Source: Sphingorhabdus sp. (GTDB taxonomy: Bacteria; Pseudomonadota; Alphaproteobacteria; Sphingomonadales; Sphingomonadaceae). Taken from it: DNA of 61,879 nt. A program made the translations under genes and the position numbers. Of the stretch, positions 41,101 to 50,267 are shown piece after piece. The stretch's first letter is position 1. Each line of letters begins with the position of its first letter. The notes under the pieces are model-generated. The model saw nothing but the letters and a program-made list of their open reading frames with translations. It had not been told where the DNA came from and searched no databases. Location of the stretch: the NCBI GenBank assembly GCA_017987825.1, contig JAGNSY010000001.1:1-61879 (forward strand). Reading direction: 5' to 3'.

Positions 41101-43231
41101 ATATCGCAGCGACGAAGTGCATGCGCAGGCCTTTGCCGCCGACACGCCCTATCGCTATCGTCGCGAGGAAATCCAGGGAACCGGCCTGACCGGCCCCTAT
41201 GCGCTCGCCGCGCGCGATATCCTGGCCAACAGCGAACGCATCACCATCGAAACGCGCGATCGCCTGCAGTCGAACATCATCATCGACCGCAAAAACCTTG
41301 TGCGCCATATCGATTACGACATCGACTATCTCGCCGGAACGCTGCGTTTCCGTGAACCCATTTTGTCGCGCTCGAGCGGCCTCAACCCGCAATTCATCAT
41401 CGCCGAATATGAAGTCGATGGTATTGGCAAGCGTGTCAACAATGCAGGTGGTCGCGTCAAATGGCAGTCGCCCGATCAGAAGCTGCAGATTGCCGCCACC
41501 GCGATCCACGACGAAACCGATACCGACAAGACCAACCTCGTCGGCGCCGATGTCCGCTATCGCCCGACCGCCAACACCGAATTGCGCGCCGAATTTGCAG
41601 CTACCGACGGCAAGGCCAATGCAGGCAGTGCAACCGCCGATGCCGGCGGCGCCTCGGCCATGCTGCTCGAAGCCGAGCATCATGGCTCGAAGCTTGACGT
41701 GCTGGCTTATTATCGTCGCCAGTCGGCCCGCTTCGGTGTCGGCCAGACCAACCGTAGCGAAGTCGGTACGGAGAAGTTTGGCCTTGATGGCCGCTATCGC
41801 CTGACCGACAAGCTGTCGATCTCGGCAATCGGTTATCAGGAAGACTATATCGATACCGGTGCGCGTCGCATCGCGGGCTCGACCGAACTCGAATATCGCG
41901 ACGACAAAGCTTCGCTGCGCGCTGGTATTACCCATGCCGATGACAAGCTGGCTGACGGTTCGACCAACAAATCGACACTTGCGCGTATCGCCGGTTCTTA
42001 CAAAGTTACCAGCAAGCTCGAACTTGACGCGCAGACCGAATTCGCACTCGGCGGCGAAGACGAAAGCATCGACTTCCCTGCCCGCCACCGTCTCGGTGCG
42101 CGCTATGCGATCCGCAATGATATCGCGCTGGTCGGCAGCTACGAAATTGCCAAGGGTGAGAATATCGACGCACGCACCGCGCGTCTCGGATTTGACATCG
42201 CCCCTTGGGCAGGCGGCCGCATCGTGGCGAGCGCCAACCAGCAGGATATCGGCGAATTCGGTGCACGCAGTTTTGCCTCTTATGGCCTCGCCCAATCATT
42301 CAAGATCAACGACAAATGGTCGGTCGACTTCACCCTTGATGGCAACCAAACCATCGGCGGCTTTGATCGCAGCGATGTGATCAACCCGCTTCAGCCCGTT
42401 GCATCGGGTGGCTTCCTGGGTAGCGATGGCACGCTGACCGAAGACTTTGTCGCTATCACCAGCGGCGCCAGCTATCATGGCGAACGCTGGAGCTGGACGG
42501 GTCGTGCCGAATGGCGCGATGGTGACTCCACCCAGCGTTATGGTCTGACGACCGCAATCCTGCGCCAGATTGGCGAAGGCAAGGCTGTCGGTGGAGCGCT
42601 CAACTGGTTCAAGGCAAAGCAGAACGGCGGCGCATCGACGACAACTGCACAGGCCGAAGTCAGCTGGGCCAACCGCCCCTCGGGCAGCCAGTGGTCGTTC
42701 CTCAACAAGACCGAATATCGCTATGATGCAGTCAAGAACGCAACCGCAGGCCTTCCCGGCCCGGTCGGTGGCGCGCCGTTGCTGGTGAGTGGAGACGTAA
42801 AGTCGACCCGCATCATCAACAGCCTGTCGGTCAACTACACCCCGATCGACGAACGCGATGGCAACTTCATCGAACGCGGCGAATACGCGCTTTTCTGGGG
42901 CACCCGCTACAACACCGACCGCTTTGGCGCGGACGATGTGAAGGGCTGGAGCAATGTTGTCGGCGCGGATCTGAAGTTCGACCTGTCGGATGTCGCCGAT
43001 ATCGGTGCCTCTGGCACGGTGCGTATCGGCACCGGTGGGCAGAATATCGCCTGGTCGGGTGGACCGACGCTGACTGTGACGCCATTCAAAAACGCCAATG
43101 TAACGCTCGGCTTTAACTTTGTCGGCTTCGAAGATCGCGATTTCGAAGAGGCGCGCTACACCCGCAGCGGCCCCTTCCTGACCTTCAAGCTGAAGTTCGA
43201 CCAGACCAGCTTTCAGGGCCTGGGGCTGTAA
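38144..43231 (+). CDS. Large outer-membrane protein D: N-terminal donor hairpin, Ig/CnaB-like domains, one complete DUF11-like domain, C-terminal beta-barrel
   Basis: Signal peptide ending 'PAHA|'; 'IISNTAQAEW..SNSVDIVV'; DUF11 'LQLRKT..PGDVVQYRIEVRN..TDILP..AINRASA'; SdrD-B-like 'GVRVMLQDGSYTVTDQDGRYHF'; alternating amphipathic strands in the C-terminal half ending 'FLTFKLKFDQ'. Confidence 0.8.
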   Translation: MSTLTTSVIFRAGTLAAATHLAAACLPAHAQSLPNIISNTAQAEWTSGGQTLSRPSNSVDIVVDRSNPQPATLEVLHFTNSGSSSSVPLPQTMCRGTNGLQPVNLQGVFAGYSTNPASIMPATAIRAGEPLVLKVIAPGQNTNPGAIDSFEAQIVTDSGDSERITLTESAANSSTFYALINTKAAPPAAVQGDCVLSVRPGDQLHFDLGNAQNGTPIAGADVDILVDPFGLTFDSADGTAVTGTQVTIVDANTGLPAQVFGDDGVSSFPSSIVAGSTITDSSGATYAFSPGFYRFPFLSPGDYRLVIGPPAPYTHPSVATPAEIALLTRPDGGQFVIAPGSYGGIITLSDPAPVRIDVPMDRPGGSLQLRKTTSAVTAMPGDVVQYRIEVRNPDRSRNSGPVTVTDILPNSMRLRLESVRYNGVQVTATAAADGSQFSVALPPLAGGGSGLLTYLAEVRVDARPGDAINRASARDNRGAVSETVDAAIRIVRDGISERFTLIGRITEGGCSVDPRQAKGIAGVRVMLQDGSYTVTDQDGRYHFEGLVPGLHVVQVDPTTFPLDQAPVDCAKNTRSAGNAISRFVEGRGGSLKRADFRAKQVAPRENAAQMAVPLPDAATDQEAAGAERDWFAGQQPGVGFLFPETGHNPRVKTIRVAFKHLPRQKVELSINGKAVDSLSYDGTKKSADGKMRVAIWRGIGIEQGNNRLVAKVTDNDGNLIETVEHNVYYANAPINAQFVKEKSVLLADGVTRPRIAVRLTDRNGKPIPHGAVGDFQVTDPYRAAVEIDAQQAQQLSGLERAAPVWRVHGDEGIAYIELEPTTASGTVAITLPFQDGEVKRTQRVETWLDPGGRPWTVVGFAAGTLGFNKLSEGLEDLVGEDDQLNVDGRIALYAKGRVSGKWLMTLAYDSDKKADDARFAGTIDPRRYYTVYADRSEQRYDAASIRRLYLKLERPQFYALFGDYQTGIDEPELARYQRSFNGIKAEYRSDEVHAQAFAADTPYRYRREEIQGTGLTGPYALAARDILANSERITIETRDRLQSNIIIDRKNLVRHIDYDIDYLAGTLRFREPILSRSSGLNPQFIIAEYEVDGIGKRVNNAGGRVKWQSPDQKLQIAATAIHDETDTDKTNLVGADVRYRPTANTELRAEFAATDGKANAGSATADAGGASAMLLEAEHHGSKLDVLAYYRRQSARFGVGQTNRSEVGTEKFGLDGRYRLTDKLSISAIGYQEDYIDTGARRIAGSTELEYRDDKASLRAGITHADDKLADGSTNKSTLARIAGSYKVTSKLELDAQTEFALGGEDESIDFPARHRLGARYAIRNDIALVGSYEIAKGENIDARTARLGFDIAPWAGGRIVASANQQDIGEFGARSFASYGLAQSFKINDKWSVDFTLDGNQTIGGFDRSDVINPLQPVASGGFLGSDGTLTEDFVAITSGASYHGERWSWTGRAEWRDGDSTQRYGLTTAILRQIGEGKAVGGALNWFKAKQNGGASTTTAQAEVSWANRPSGSQWSFLNKTEYRYDAVKNATAGLPGPVGGAPLLVSGDVKSTRIINSLSVNYTPIDERDGNFIERGEYALFWGTRYNTDRFGADDVKGWSNVVGADLKFDLSDVADIGASGTVRIGTGGQNIAWSGGPTLTVTPFKNANVTLGFNFVGFEDRDFEEARYTRSGPFLTFKLKFDQTSFQGLGL

Positions 43232-43234
43232 GCC

Positions 43235-44491
43235 CTAGTCTGCAAACAGCAGAACGGGCGTTTCGACCAGTTTTTTGAGCGCTTGCACATAGCTGGCTGC
43301 ATCCCAACCATCGACAACACGGTGATCGCAGCTGATGGACAGGTTCATCAGTTTGCGTGCCTCTATCGCATCACCTACGAAAACCGGGCGTTCGACGATC
43401 TTGTTCGGGCCGATAATCGCCACTTCGGGGCGGTTGATGACGGGCGTGGTCGCAATACCACCCAGCGGTCCAAGTGACGTAACCGTCAAAGTTGACCCGG
43501 ATAGCTCTTCGCTCTTTGCAGAACCATTGCGAGCTTCGTTGGCTAGTCTATTGATTTCAATTGATAACTGCCAGACATTCTTGTCTTGGGCGTCACGAAT
43601 AACCGGTACCATCAAGCCTGCGTCGGTTTGCGTCGCCATACCGAGATGCACCGAGCCATAGCGCGTAACGACGCCTGCTTCGTCATCATAACGGGCATTG
43701 ATCATCGGAAAATCGGGCAATGTCTTGCAGATCGCGACGATCAAGAAGGGCAACATGGTCAGCTTGGGCCGGTTGCCGCGATTGGCATTCAGATCCGCAC
43801 GCATCGCTTCCAATGCGGTGACGTCAAATTCCTCGACATAGCTGAAATGCGGGATGTTGCGCTTTGACGCTGCCATATTTTCGGCAATGCGGCGACGCAT
43901 GCCGATGACTTTGACCACTTCATCGGCACGCTTGGCCGACGCGCCGGGCGCGCGGTAGCCCTGCCCCGATCCATAGTTCAGATAGGCATCCAGATCAGCG
44001 TGTCGGACATGCCCGCCCGACGTCTTGACGTCACTTAGTTCAACACCAAGCTCTTTAGCGCGCGTCCTAACTGCTGGAGATGCAGTGATTTTCTCTTGCA
44101 ACGCTGCAGTCTGTACTTCGACGGGCTCAGGTTCGGGAGTTTCGGCAGGTGCCTTGGCCGGTGCGGCTGGCGGCGGCGGCGGAGCGGGTTCCGTTACTAC
44201 TATGGGCGCCTCAGCAACAGGTTTAGGTGCGGCTTCTTCATTGCCCGCACCTTCGGTTTCGATCTCTACGAGCATCGAGCCAATGGCGATTACGTCACCA
44301 GCCTCGCCTGCTACCGCAGTGACGATACCCGCTACCGGACTTTCCATTTCCACGGTCGCCTTGTCGGTCATCATGTCCGCCAGCGGCTGATCTTCCTCGA
44401 TCCGATCGCCTACCGCAACATGCCAGGCGACGATTTCGGCCTCGGCAATGCCTTCGCCAATGTCAGGCAGCTTGAATGTGAACTTACCCAT
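43235..44491 (-). CDS. bkdB: Branched-chain 2-oxoacid dehydrogenase E2 (dihydrolipoamide acyltransferase)
   Basis: Lipoyl domain 'LPDIGEGIAE..MTDKAT', 'ASPAVR', 'SCDHRVVDG'. Confidence 0.92.
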   Translation of the reverse strand: MGKFTFKLPDIGEGIAEAEIVAWHVAVGDRIEEDQPLADMMTDKATVEMESPVAGIVTAVAGEAGDVIAIGSMLVEIETEGAGNEEAAPKPVAEAPIVVTEPAPPPPPAAPAKAPAETPEPEPVEVQTAALQEKITASPAVRTRAKELGVELSDVKTSGGHVRHADLDAYLNYGSGQGYRAPGASAKRADEVVKVIGMRRRIAENMAASKRNIPHFSYVEEFDVTALEAMRADLNANRGNRPKLTMLPFLIVAICKTLPDFPMINARYDDEAGVVTRYGSVHLGMATQTDAGLMVPVIRDAQDKNVWQLSIEINRLANEARNGSAKSEELSGSTLTVTSLGPLGGIATTPVINRPEVAIIGPNKIVERPVFVGDAIEARKLMNLSISCDHRVVDGWDAASYVQALKKLVETPVLLFAD

Positions 44492-44495
44492 GACG

Positions 44496-45521
44496 TCAGT
44501 CCTTCATGATCTTTTCAATGGCACTGGCAATGCGAACCGGGCCGGGGAAATAGGCCCATTCGAGGCTGTGCGGATAAGGGGTATCAAAGCCGGTGACGCG
44601 CTCAACCGGCGCTTCAAGGTGGTAGAAGCAGCGTTCCTGCACCTGTGCGGCCAGTTCAGCACCAAAGCCGCTAGTGCGGGTGGCCTCGTGAACCACCAGA
44701 CAGCGACCGGTTTTTTTCACTGAACTTTCAATTGCTTCTACATCCAATGGAAGAAGCGTTCTTAAGTCAAGGATGTCGGCATCAATGCCCATTTCGGCGA
44801 CCACCATCTGCACCACATGCACCATCGTACCATAGGTTAGGATAGTCAGCGCTTCGCCCTCGCGTGCAATCCCGGCCTTGCCGAGTTCGATGCGGTAATA
44901 GCCTTTGGGAACCGCGCTTGCGGCATGTTTTGACCAAGGTTCGACCGGGCGGTCGTAATAGCCGCTGAACGGGCCGTTATAGATGCGCTTGGGCTCAAAG
45001 AAGATGACAGGGTCATTATCTTCAATCGCCGCAATCAACAGGCCCTTGGCGTCATAGGGGTTCGACGGAACCACTGTCTTGATGCCGCAGACATGGGTGA
45101 ACAGGCTTTCCGGCGATTGGCTGTGCGTTTGCCCACCGAAAATCCCGCCGCCAAAGGGCGAGCGCACCGTCATCGGGCAGATGAAATCGCCTGCAGACCG
45201 ATAACGCAGGCGCGCGGCTTCACTGACCAGTTGGTCGAGGCCGGGGTAGATATAATCGGCAAACTGGATTTCGGGGACGGGACGCAAACCATAAGCCGCC
45301 ATGCCGACACCCGCGCCGATGATGCCGCATTCGCTGATCGGGGTGTCGAAGACACGGGTCTTGCCGTGCTTGGCCTGCAATCCCGCAGTTGCGCGGAAAA
45401 CACCGCCAAAATAGCCGATATCCTCACCCATCAGGACGACGTCAGGATCGCGCTCCAACATGATGTCGAGCGCGCTGTTGATCGCTTCGATCATGTTCAT
45501 GGTTTTGGTGTCGCCCATCAT
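44496..45521 (-). CDS. bkdA2: Branched-chain 2-oxoacid dehydrogenase E1 beta
   Basis: 'GEDIGYFGGVFRAT', 'DTPISE', 'EIQFADY', 'GGQTHSQSPE'. Confidence 0.93.
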   Translation of the reverse strand: MMGDTKTMNMIEAINSALDIMLERDPDVVLMGEDIGYFGGVFRATAGLQAKHGKTRVFDTPISECGIIGAGVGMAAYGLRPVPEIQFADYIYPGLDQLVSEAARLRYRSAGDFICPMTVRSPFGGGIFGGQTHSQSPESLFTHVCGIKTVVPSNPYDAKGLLIAAIEDNDPVIFFEPKRIYNGPFSGYYDRPVEPWSKHAASAVPKGYYRIELGKAGIAREGEALTILTYGTMVHVVQMVVAEMGIDADILDLRTLLPLDVEAIESSVKKTGRCLVVHEATRTSGFGAELAAQVQERCFYHLEAPVERVTGFDTPYPHSLEWAYFPGPVRIASAIEKIMKD

Positions 45522-46801
45522 TTCGGCTCCCACTCGGGGCCGAATTTGCGGTGCTGCTCGGCAATCATCTGTTCGCACTGTTCTTTGAGGTGCCAGGGCA
45601 TTTCCTCGAATACATCCTCGAACATCGTCTCGAACGGCTGGTGCATGCCATGCCCCAATATGCCGTTTGCCTCGGCCTCTTTCTGGGTCTTCTTTACTAG
45701 ATCGGCCAGTTCGTCATGCTGCACCTGATGCTGCGCATCGCTCCATTCGCCAAGCAGGATGAGGTGCTTTTTCAACCGGTCGACAGGATCGCCTAGAGGC
45801 CATTTTTCAAACTCTTGCGCCGCGCGGTAAGCACCCGGATCATCCGAGGTCGAATGGCCTTCGGCGCGATAGGTGAAATATTCGATGAAGGTCGGGCCGT
45901 TATTGGTCCGCGCCCGGTCCGCCGCCCAGCGCATTGCGGCATAGACTGCCAACGGATCGTTACCGTCGACACGCAGCGAGGCGATACCATAGCCTAGTCC
46001 TCGTGCCGCAAAGGTCGTCCGTTCGCCGCCCGCAATTCCGGAGAAGGACGAGATCGCCCACTGATTGTTCACCACCTGCAGGATCACCGGCGCGTTGTAG
46101 ACTGCCGCAAAAGTCATCGCGCTGTGAAAGTCTCCCTCAGCGGTCGAACCTTCACCGCACCAGACGGCTGAAATGCGAGTATCTCCGCGCGACGCGCTTG
46201 CCATCGCCCAGCCCACAGCCTGCGGATATTGCGTCGCTAGATTGCCCGAAATGGTGAAAAAGCTGCACTCAGGTGCCGAATACATGATCGGCAACTGGCG
46301 ACCCTTCAGATGGTCCTGACTGTTCGAATAGATCTGGTTCATCATCCGCACGATCGGATAACCGCGCGTCAGCAGAATGCCCTGCTGGCGATAGCTGGGA
46401 AAGCACATGTCATCGCTGGCGAGCGCCATGGCGGTCGCGACCGAAGTCGCCTCTTCGCCCGTCGATTTCATGTAAAAGCTGGTCTTGCCCTGCCGCTGCG
46501 CGCGGAACATGCGGTCATCGAACGCGCGGGTAAGCATCATGTTGCGAAGCATGAGGCGCAACTGGTCGGCATCGAGGTTCGGGTTCCAGCTGCCTTTCGC
46601 CTGATGATCGTCGTCAAGCACACGGACCAGTCCGAATGCCAGTGACTGGATGTCCGCTGGCAAGGATGCCTCATCCGGACGCGCTATGGCGTCAACCGGA
46701 GGCACCGCAACATCACTGAAATCAGCTTCGTCGCCGGGACGGAATTTGGGTTCCGGAATATGCAGCCGCAACGGCGCAAGATTGGACTTTTTGCCTGTCA
46801 T
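45518..46801 (-). CDS. bkdA1: Branched-chain 2-oxoacid dehydrogenase E1 alpha
   Basis: 'QRQGKTSFY', TPP motif 'GEGSTAEGDF...NNQWAIS', 'YRAEGHSTSDDP'. Confidence 0.93.
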   Translation of the reverse strand: MTGKKSNLAPLRLHIPEPKFRPGDEADFSDVAVPPVDAIARPDEASLPADIQSLAFGLVRVLDDDHQAKGSWNPNLDADQLRLMLRNMMLTRAFDDRMFRAQRQGKTSFYMKSTGEEATSVATAMALASDDMCFPSYRQQGILLTRGYPIVRMMNQIYSNSQDHLKGRQLPIMYSAPECSFFTISGNLATQYPQAVGWAMASASRGDTRISAVWCGEGSTAEGDFHSAMTFAAVYNAPVILQVVNNQWAISSFSGIAGGERTTFAARGLGYGIASLRVDGNDPLAVYAAMRWAADRARTNNGPTFIEYFTYRAEGHSTSDDPGAYRAAQEFEKWPLGDPVDRLKKHLILLGEWSDAQHQVQHDELADLVKKTQKEAEANGILGHGMHQPFETMFEDVFEEMPWHLKEQCEQMIAEQHRKFGPEWEPK

Positions 46802-46905
46802 CGCTTCCTCTCGCTCCCCTCGCGGGGCTCCACGCGAATCACATTTGTTTGTTGTCCGCTCCTGTTAGAATATTTCAAACTCCTTTTTAGGTCAATATAG
46901 CTGAC

Positions 46906-47829
46906 CTAAACGGCGACAGGCGCGGAAATATGGGCTTGCGGCTGATAATCCAGCACCTCGAAATCCTCGATCTCATAGCCGAAGATGCTATCGGGTTTGC
47001 GCAATAGATGCAGTTTGGGATCGCCCGCCGGGGTCCGCGACAATTGCTCTTCAACCAGTTCGGCATGGTTCTGGTACAAATGCACATCACCACCCTGCCA
47101 GATCAGTTCACCCGGCTCATATCCACATTGCTGCGCCAGCATGCGGATCAGCATGGAGGCCGCAAAAACATTGAAACCAAAACCCAGCCCCAGATCGCAC
47201 GACCGCTGGAAAAGCAATCCGCTCAACACGCCGTCGGCGACATGAAACTGATAGGTTTTGTGGCAAGGCGGCAAAGCCATCTGATCCAACTCAGCGACAT
47301 TCCAGCCTTCGAATATATGCCGACGCGAGCCCGGATTGGTCTTCAGGCTTTGAACAAGCAATTCGATCTGGTTGATGCCCTTTTCAGCACGGCGATAAAG
47401 CCCCTGCCCTGCATCCTCATATTTGGGCCAGTTAACCCATTGCGCCCCATAGACTGGGCCCAGATCACCCCATTGCTCAGCAAAATTGATATCATCGACG
47501 ATCCGCTGCTCAAAATCCTCTTGGGAAATAGCATCTCCAGTTTCACGCCGATAACGTTCGAGCGGCCAATCGGTCCAGATCCGCACCTTTTGCTTCAATA
47601 GATTGCGGATATTGGTGTCACCTGTGAGGAACCACAACATCTCACGCGCTGCGGTTTTCCAGAAGATGCGCTTGGTGGTCAGCAAGGGAATGGCATTATC
47701 GGCGAGCGAAAAGCGCATCGTTGCCCCAAATAGCGAGCGCGTGCCCACACCGGTACGGTCTTCCTGCACTGCGCCTTCGGTCCAGATGCGGCGCATCAGG
47801 TCCAGATATTGGTCTTCATAGTGGCTCAT
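46906..47829 (-). CDS. thyA: Thymidylate synthase
   Basis: 'DRTGVGT', 'PLLTTKR', 'DLGPVYG', 'MALPPCH', 'QRSCD'. Confidence 0.97.
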   Translation of the reverse strand: MSHYEDQYLDLMRRIWTEGAVQEDRTGVGTRSLFGATMRFSLADNAIPLLTTKRIFWKTAAREMLWFLTGDTNIRNLLKQKVRIWTDWPLERYRRETGDAISQEDFEQRIVDDINFAEQWGDLGPVYGAQWVNWPKYEDAGQGLYRRAEKGINQIELLVQSLKTNPGSRRHIFEGWNVAELDQMALPPCHKTYQFHVADGVLSGLLFQRSCDLGLGFGFNVFAASMLIRMLAQQCGYEPGELIWQGGDVHLYQNHAELVEEQLSRTPAGDPKLHLLRKPDSIFGYEIEDFEVLDYQPQAHISAPVAV

Positions 47830-47989
47830 TCAGAGCGCCTTCCCCGTCGAGTCTGTATGCGCAGAAGCTATTCTCAGAACGGCCAATCGGCAATGGCCAG
47901 ATTATTGTATCTTTACGCTTGAAAGGCGGGAACCGCCCTTCTATAGGCACCGCCTGCCTTGCCGGTCCTGTACCGGCTTCCGCATCGGT

Positions 47990-48066
47990 CGGGGAATAGC
48001 TCAGCCTGGTAGAGCACTGTCTTCGGGAGGCAGGGGCCGGAGGTTCGAATCCTCTTTCCCCGACCA
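47990..48066 (+). tRNA. tRNA-Pro(CGG)
   Basis: CGGGGAATAGCTCAGCCTGGTAGAGCACTGTCTTCGGGAGGCAGGGGCCGGAGGTTCGAATCCTCTTTCCCCGACCA; 77 nt. Confidence 0.98.
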
Positions 48067-48098
48067 TTTGCTCCATTTTGGTACATTCGTTACCGCAG

Positions 48099-48113
48099 TT
48101 AACCATTCCTTGA
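48099..48113 (+). promoter_or_regulatory. CtrA-like box upstream of the REC-PAS-GGDEF-EAL/rpfC operon
   Basis: TTAA CCATTCC TTGA. Confidence 0.55.
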
Positions 48114-48131
48114 GGTTGCCCCTCTATCGCG

Positions 48132-50267
48132 ATGCTCATGCATGCGCGCATAGTCATAGTGGACGACAGATCAACGAATCTGCGCATTTACGCACAGTTC
48201 GTGTCCATGATGGGCGCGGGCTTCACATCTGTTTGTTTTCAAAGCGCAAAAGAAGCACTTGCCTGGCTGGAAAATGAAACGGCCGACCTGCTGATTGTCG
48301 ACTACCGCATGCCGGAAATGACCGGTGCAGACTTTATCCGGCAGATCCGCAACCGCCCCGACAGCCATAACATTCCCGCTATTGTCATTACTGCCCGTCA
48401 GGATCGCGAATGCCGCATCTCTGCGCTCGACGCAGGTGCCACCGATTTCCTGCAAAGTCCGGTAACCCATGCCGAATTCAAGGAACGGGCCGAGTTGCTG
48501 ATTGGCCAGCATCGCAAACGTCGCGAGATTGAAAGTCGCACCGCATCGAACTCGGCAACGAGCGATGAGCGCAACGAGCAAGTCGGCGGCAAGTCGATGC
48601 TGGAACAGATCATCGACACCACACCTGTGATGATCATCGCGACCGACCGCAACGGGAAGATACTGTTCATCAACAGCTATCAATCCGCAATGTTGGGGCA
48701 GGATACCGAGCAACTCGTCGGTCATTCGATAAATGACATATTCGAGGCCCATCTTGCCGAGCGCGAACAACGGCGTAATGCGCTCATTATCGACGGTGCC
48801 CAATCGATCCCCAATTATGAGGAAGTGTTCGTCAGCGACGGCGTACAACTGACCTTCCACTGCAACAAATCACCTCTGCTCAACAAGGATGGCCAGGTGA
48901 TCGGGGTGCTAACCTCTGCAGTCGATATTACCGCGCGCAAATTTGCAGAAGAGCACCGCGCGCATCTGGCGCTGCATGATTTGCTGACCGGGCTGCCGAA
49001 CCGCGCGCTTCTGGCCGAACATATGCGCCAGACGATCGAGGAATGTAGCGCCACGGGAAACAAAGCTGCCCTCCTGCTGGTTGATCTCGATCGGTTCAAG
49101 GTGATCAACGATACCCGCGGCCATCAGGCAGGCGACACATTGCTTAGGCAGGTTGCAGAACGGATTAATAGCGCGCTCGACGCCAACGAACTCGCAGCGC
49201 GTATCGGCGGTGACGAATTTGCGATCATTCTCCGAAATGTCGAGAGCGTTGAGGATGTGAGCAGTAAATGCCACCATCTACTAGCCCAGATCGGCAAGCA
49301 TTATGCCATCGGCGATTCTGACCAACGGATAGGGGCCAGCATCGGTGTGGCGATGATCCCTGACGACAGCAATTCGCCCGATGAACTGCTGCGTCTGGCC
49401 GATCTTGCCATGTACGAAGCCAAGTCGAGCGGACGAAACTGCCACTGTTTCTTCTCACCCAAGCTGAACCAGATCGCCCAGTTCAATGCCGGCGTCGAAG
49501 CGGATCTTCGCCGGGCGATCGAGAATGACGAGCTCTTCCTGGAATATCAGCCCATCGTTGAAGCGCAGAGCAGTGCCTATGCAGGGCTGGAGGCGCTATT
49601 GCGGTGGCAGCACCCGACACGCGGGCGATTAATGCCAAGCGAGTTCATGCGCGTTGCGAATGACTCAGGCCTGATCGACCGGATCGGTCAATGGGTGATC
49701 GACGCAGTCTGTCGCCAGATTTCCGAATTTGATAGTGAGGGCATTGTTGTTCCACATATCGCGATCAACGTTTCTCCGCGCCAATTTCAAGCAGGCAGGC
49801 TGTGCGAGGAAATCCTCGGGAAAATTGCGCAATATAATATTGAGCCAGGTCAACTCGTCGTCGAGATCACAGAAGAGCTGCTCCTTGATCAGAGCAGCCA
49901 GTTGATGGACCAGCTGCGCAGTCTGCGCAAAAATGGCATTGAATTGTCTATCGACGATTTCGGCACAGGCTATTCGTCACTGCAATATCTGCGCGATTTG
50001 CCCGCCAATCGTTTGAAAATTGACCAGACTTTCGTTTCGCGGATCGAACATTCGGCGACCGACAGGGCAATCATTTCGACCATTGCCCATCTGGCCCATG
50101 CTCTGAATATGCGGGTGGTCGCCGAAGGCGTGGAAACCGAGGCTCAACGCATGCTGCTGCGCGCATCAGGGTGTGACGAATTGCAAGGCTATCTATTCGG
50201 ACGTTCCCTTTCCGTCGATCGACTGAAAGAGATTTTCGGACCGTCGATTGCGGTGGTGCAACCATGA
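48132..50267 (+). CDS. Response regulator REC-PAS-GGDEF-EAL (c-di-GMP cyclase/phosphodiesterase)
   Basis: REC 'IVIVDD..LLIVDYRMP'; PAS 'IIATDRNGKILFIN'; 'HDLLTGLPNR', 'RIGGDEF'; EAL 'GLEALLRW', 'IDDFGTGYSSL', 'VAEGVE'. Confidence 0.93.
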   Translation: MLMHARIVIVDDRSTNLRIYAQFVSMMGAGFTSVCFQSAKEALAWLENETADLLIVDYRMPEMTGADFIRQIRNRPDSHNIPAIVITARQDRECRISALDAGATDFLQSPVTHAEFKERAELLIGQHRKRREIESRTASNSATSDERNEQVGGKSMLEQIIDTTPVMIIATDRNGKILFINSYQSAMLGQDTEQLVGHSINDIFEAHLAEREQRRNALIIDGAQSIPNYEEVFVSDGVQLTFHCNKSPLLNKDGQVIGVLTSAVDITARKFAEEHRAHLALHDLLTGLPNRALLAEHMRQTIEECSATGNKAALLLVDLDRFKVINDTRGHQAGDTLLRQVAERINSALDANELAARIGGDEFAIILRNVESVEDVSSKCHHLLAQIGKHYAIGDSDQRIGASIGVAMIPDDSNSPDELLRLADLAMYEAKSSGRNCHCFFSPKLNQIAQFNAGVEADLRRAIENDELFLEYQPIVEAQSSAYAGLEALLRWQHPTRGRLMPSEFMRVANDSGLIDRIGQWVIDAVCRQISEFDSEGIVVPHIAINVSPRQFQAGRLCEEILGKIAQYNIEPGQLVVEITEELLLDQSSQLMDQLRSLRKNGIELSIDDFGTGYSSLQYLRDLPANRLKIDQTFVSRIEHSATDRAIISTIAHLAHALNMRVVAEGVETEAQRMLLRASGCDELQGYLFGRSLSVDRLKEIFGPSIAVVQP

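Noticed and set aside
40754-42295. 513-aa antisense ORF within the large outer-membrane gene
   Set aside because: Antisense shadow of a strongly biased coding region
44120-44250. Pro/Ala/Glu-rich repeat-like stretch
   Set aside because: Ordinary flexible linker of the E2 acyltransferase
47816-48187. 123-aa ORF across tRNA-Pro, and similar ORFs across tRNA-Asp and 6S RNA
   Set aside because: Spurious translations of RNA genes
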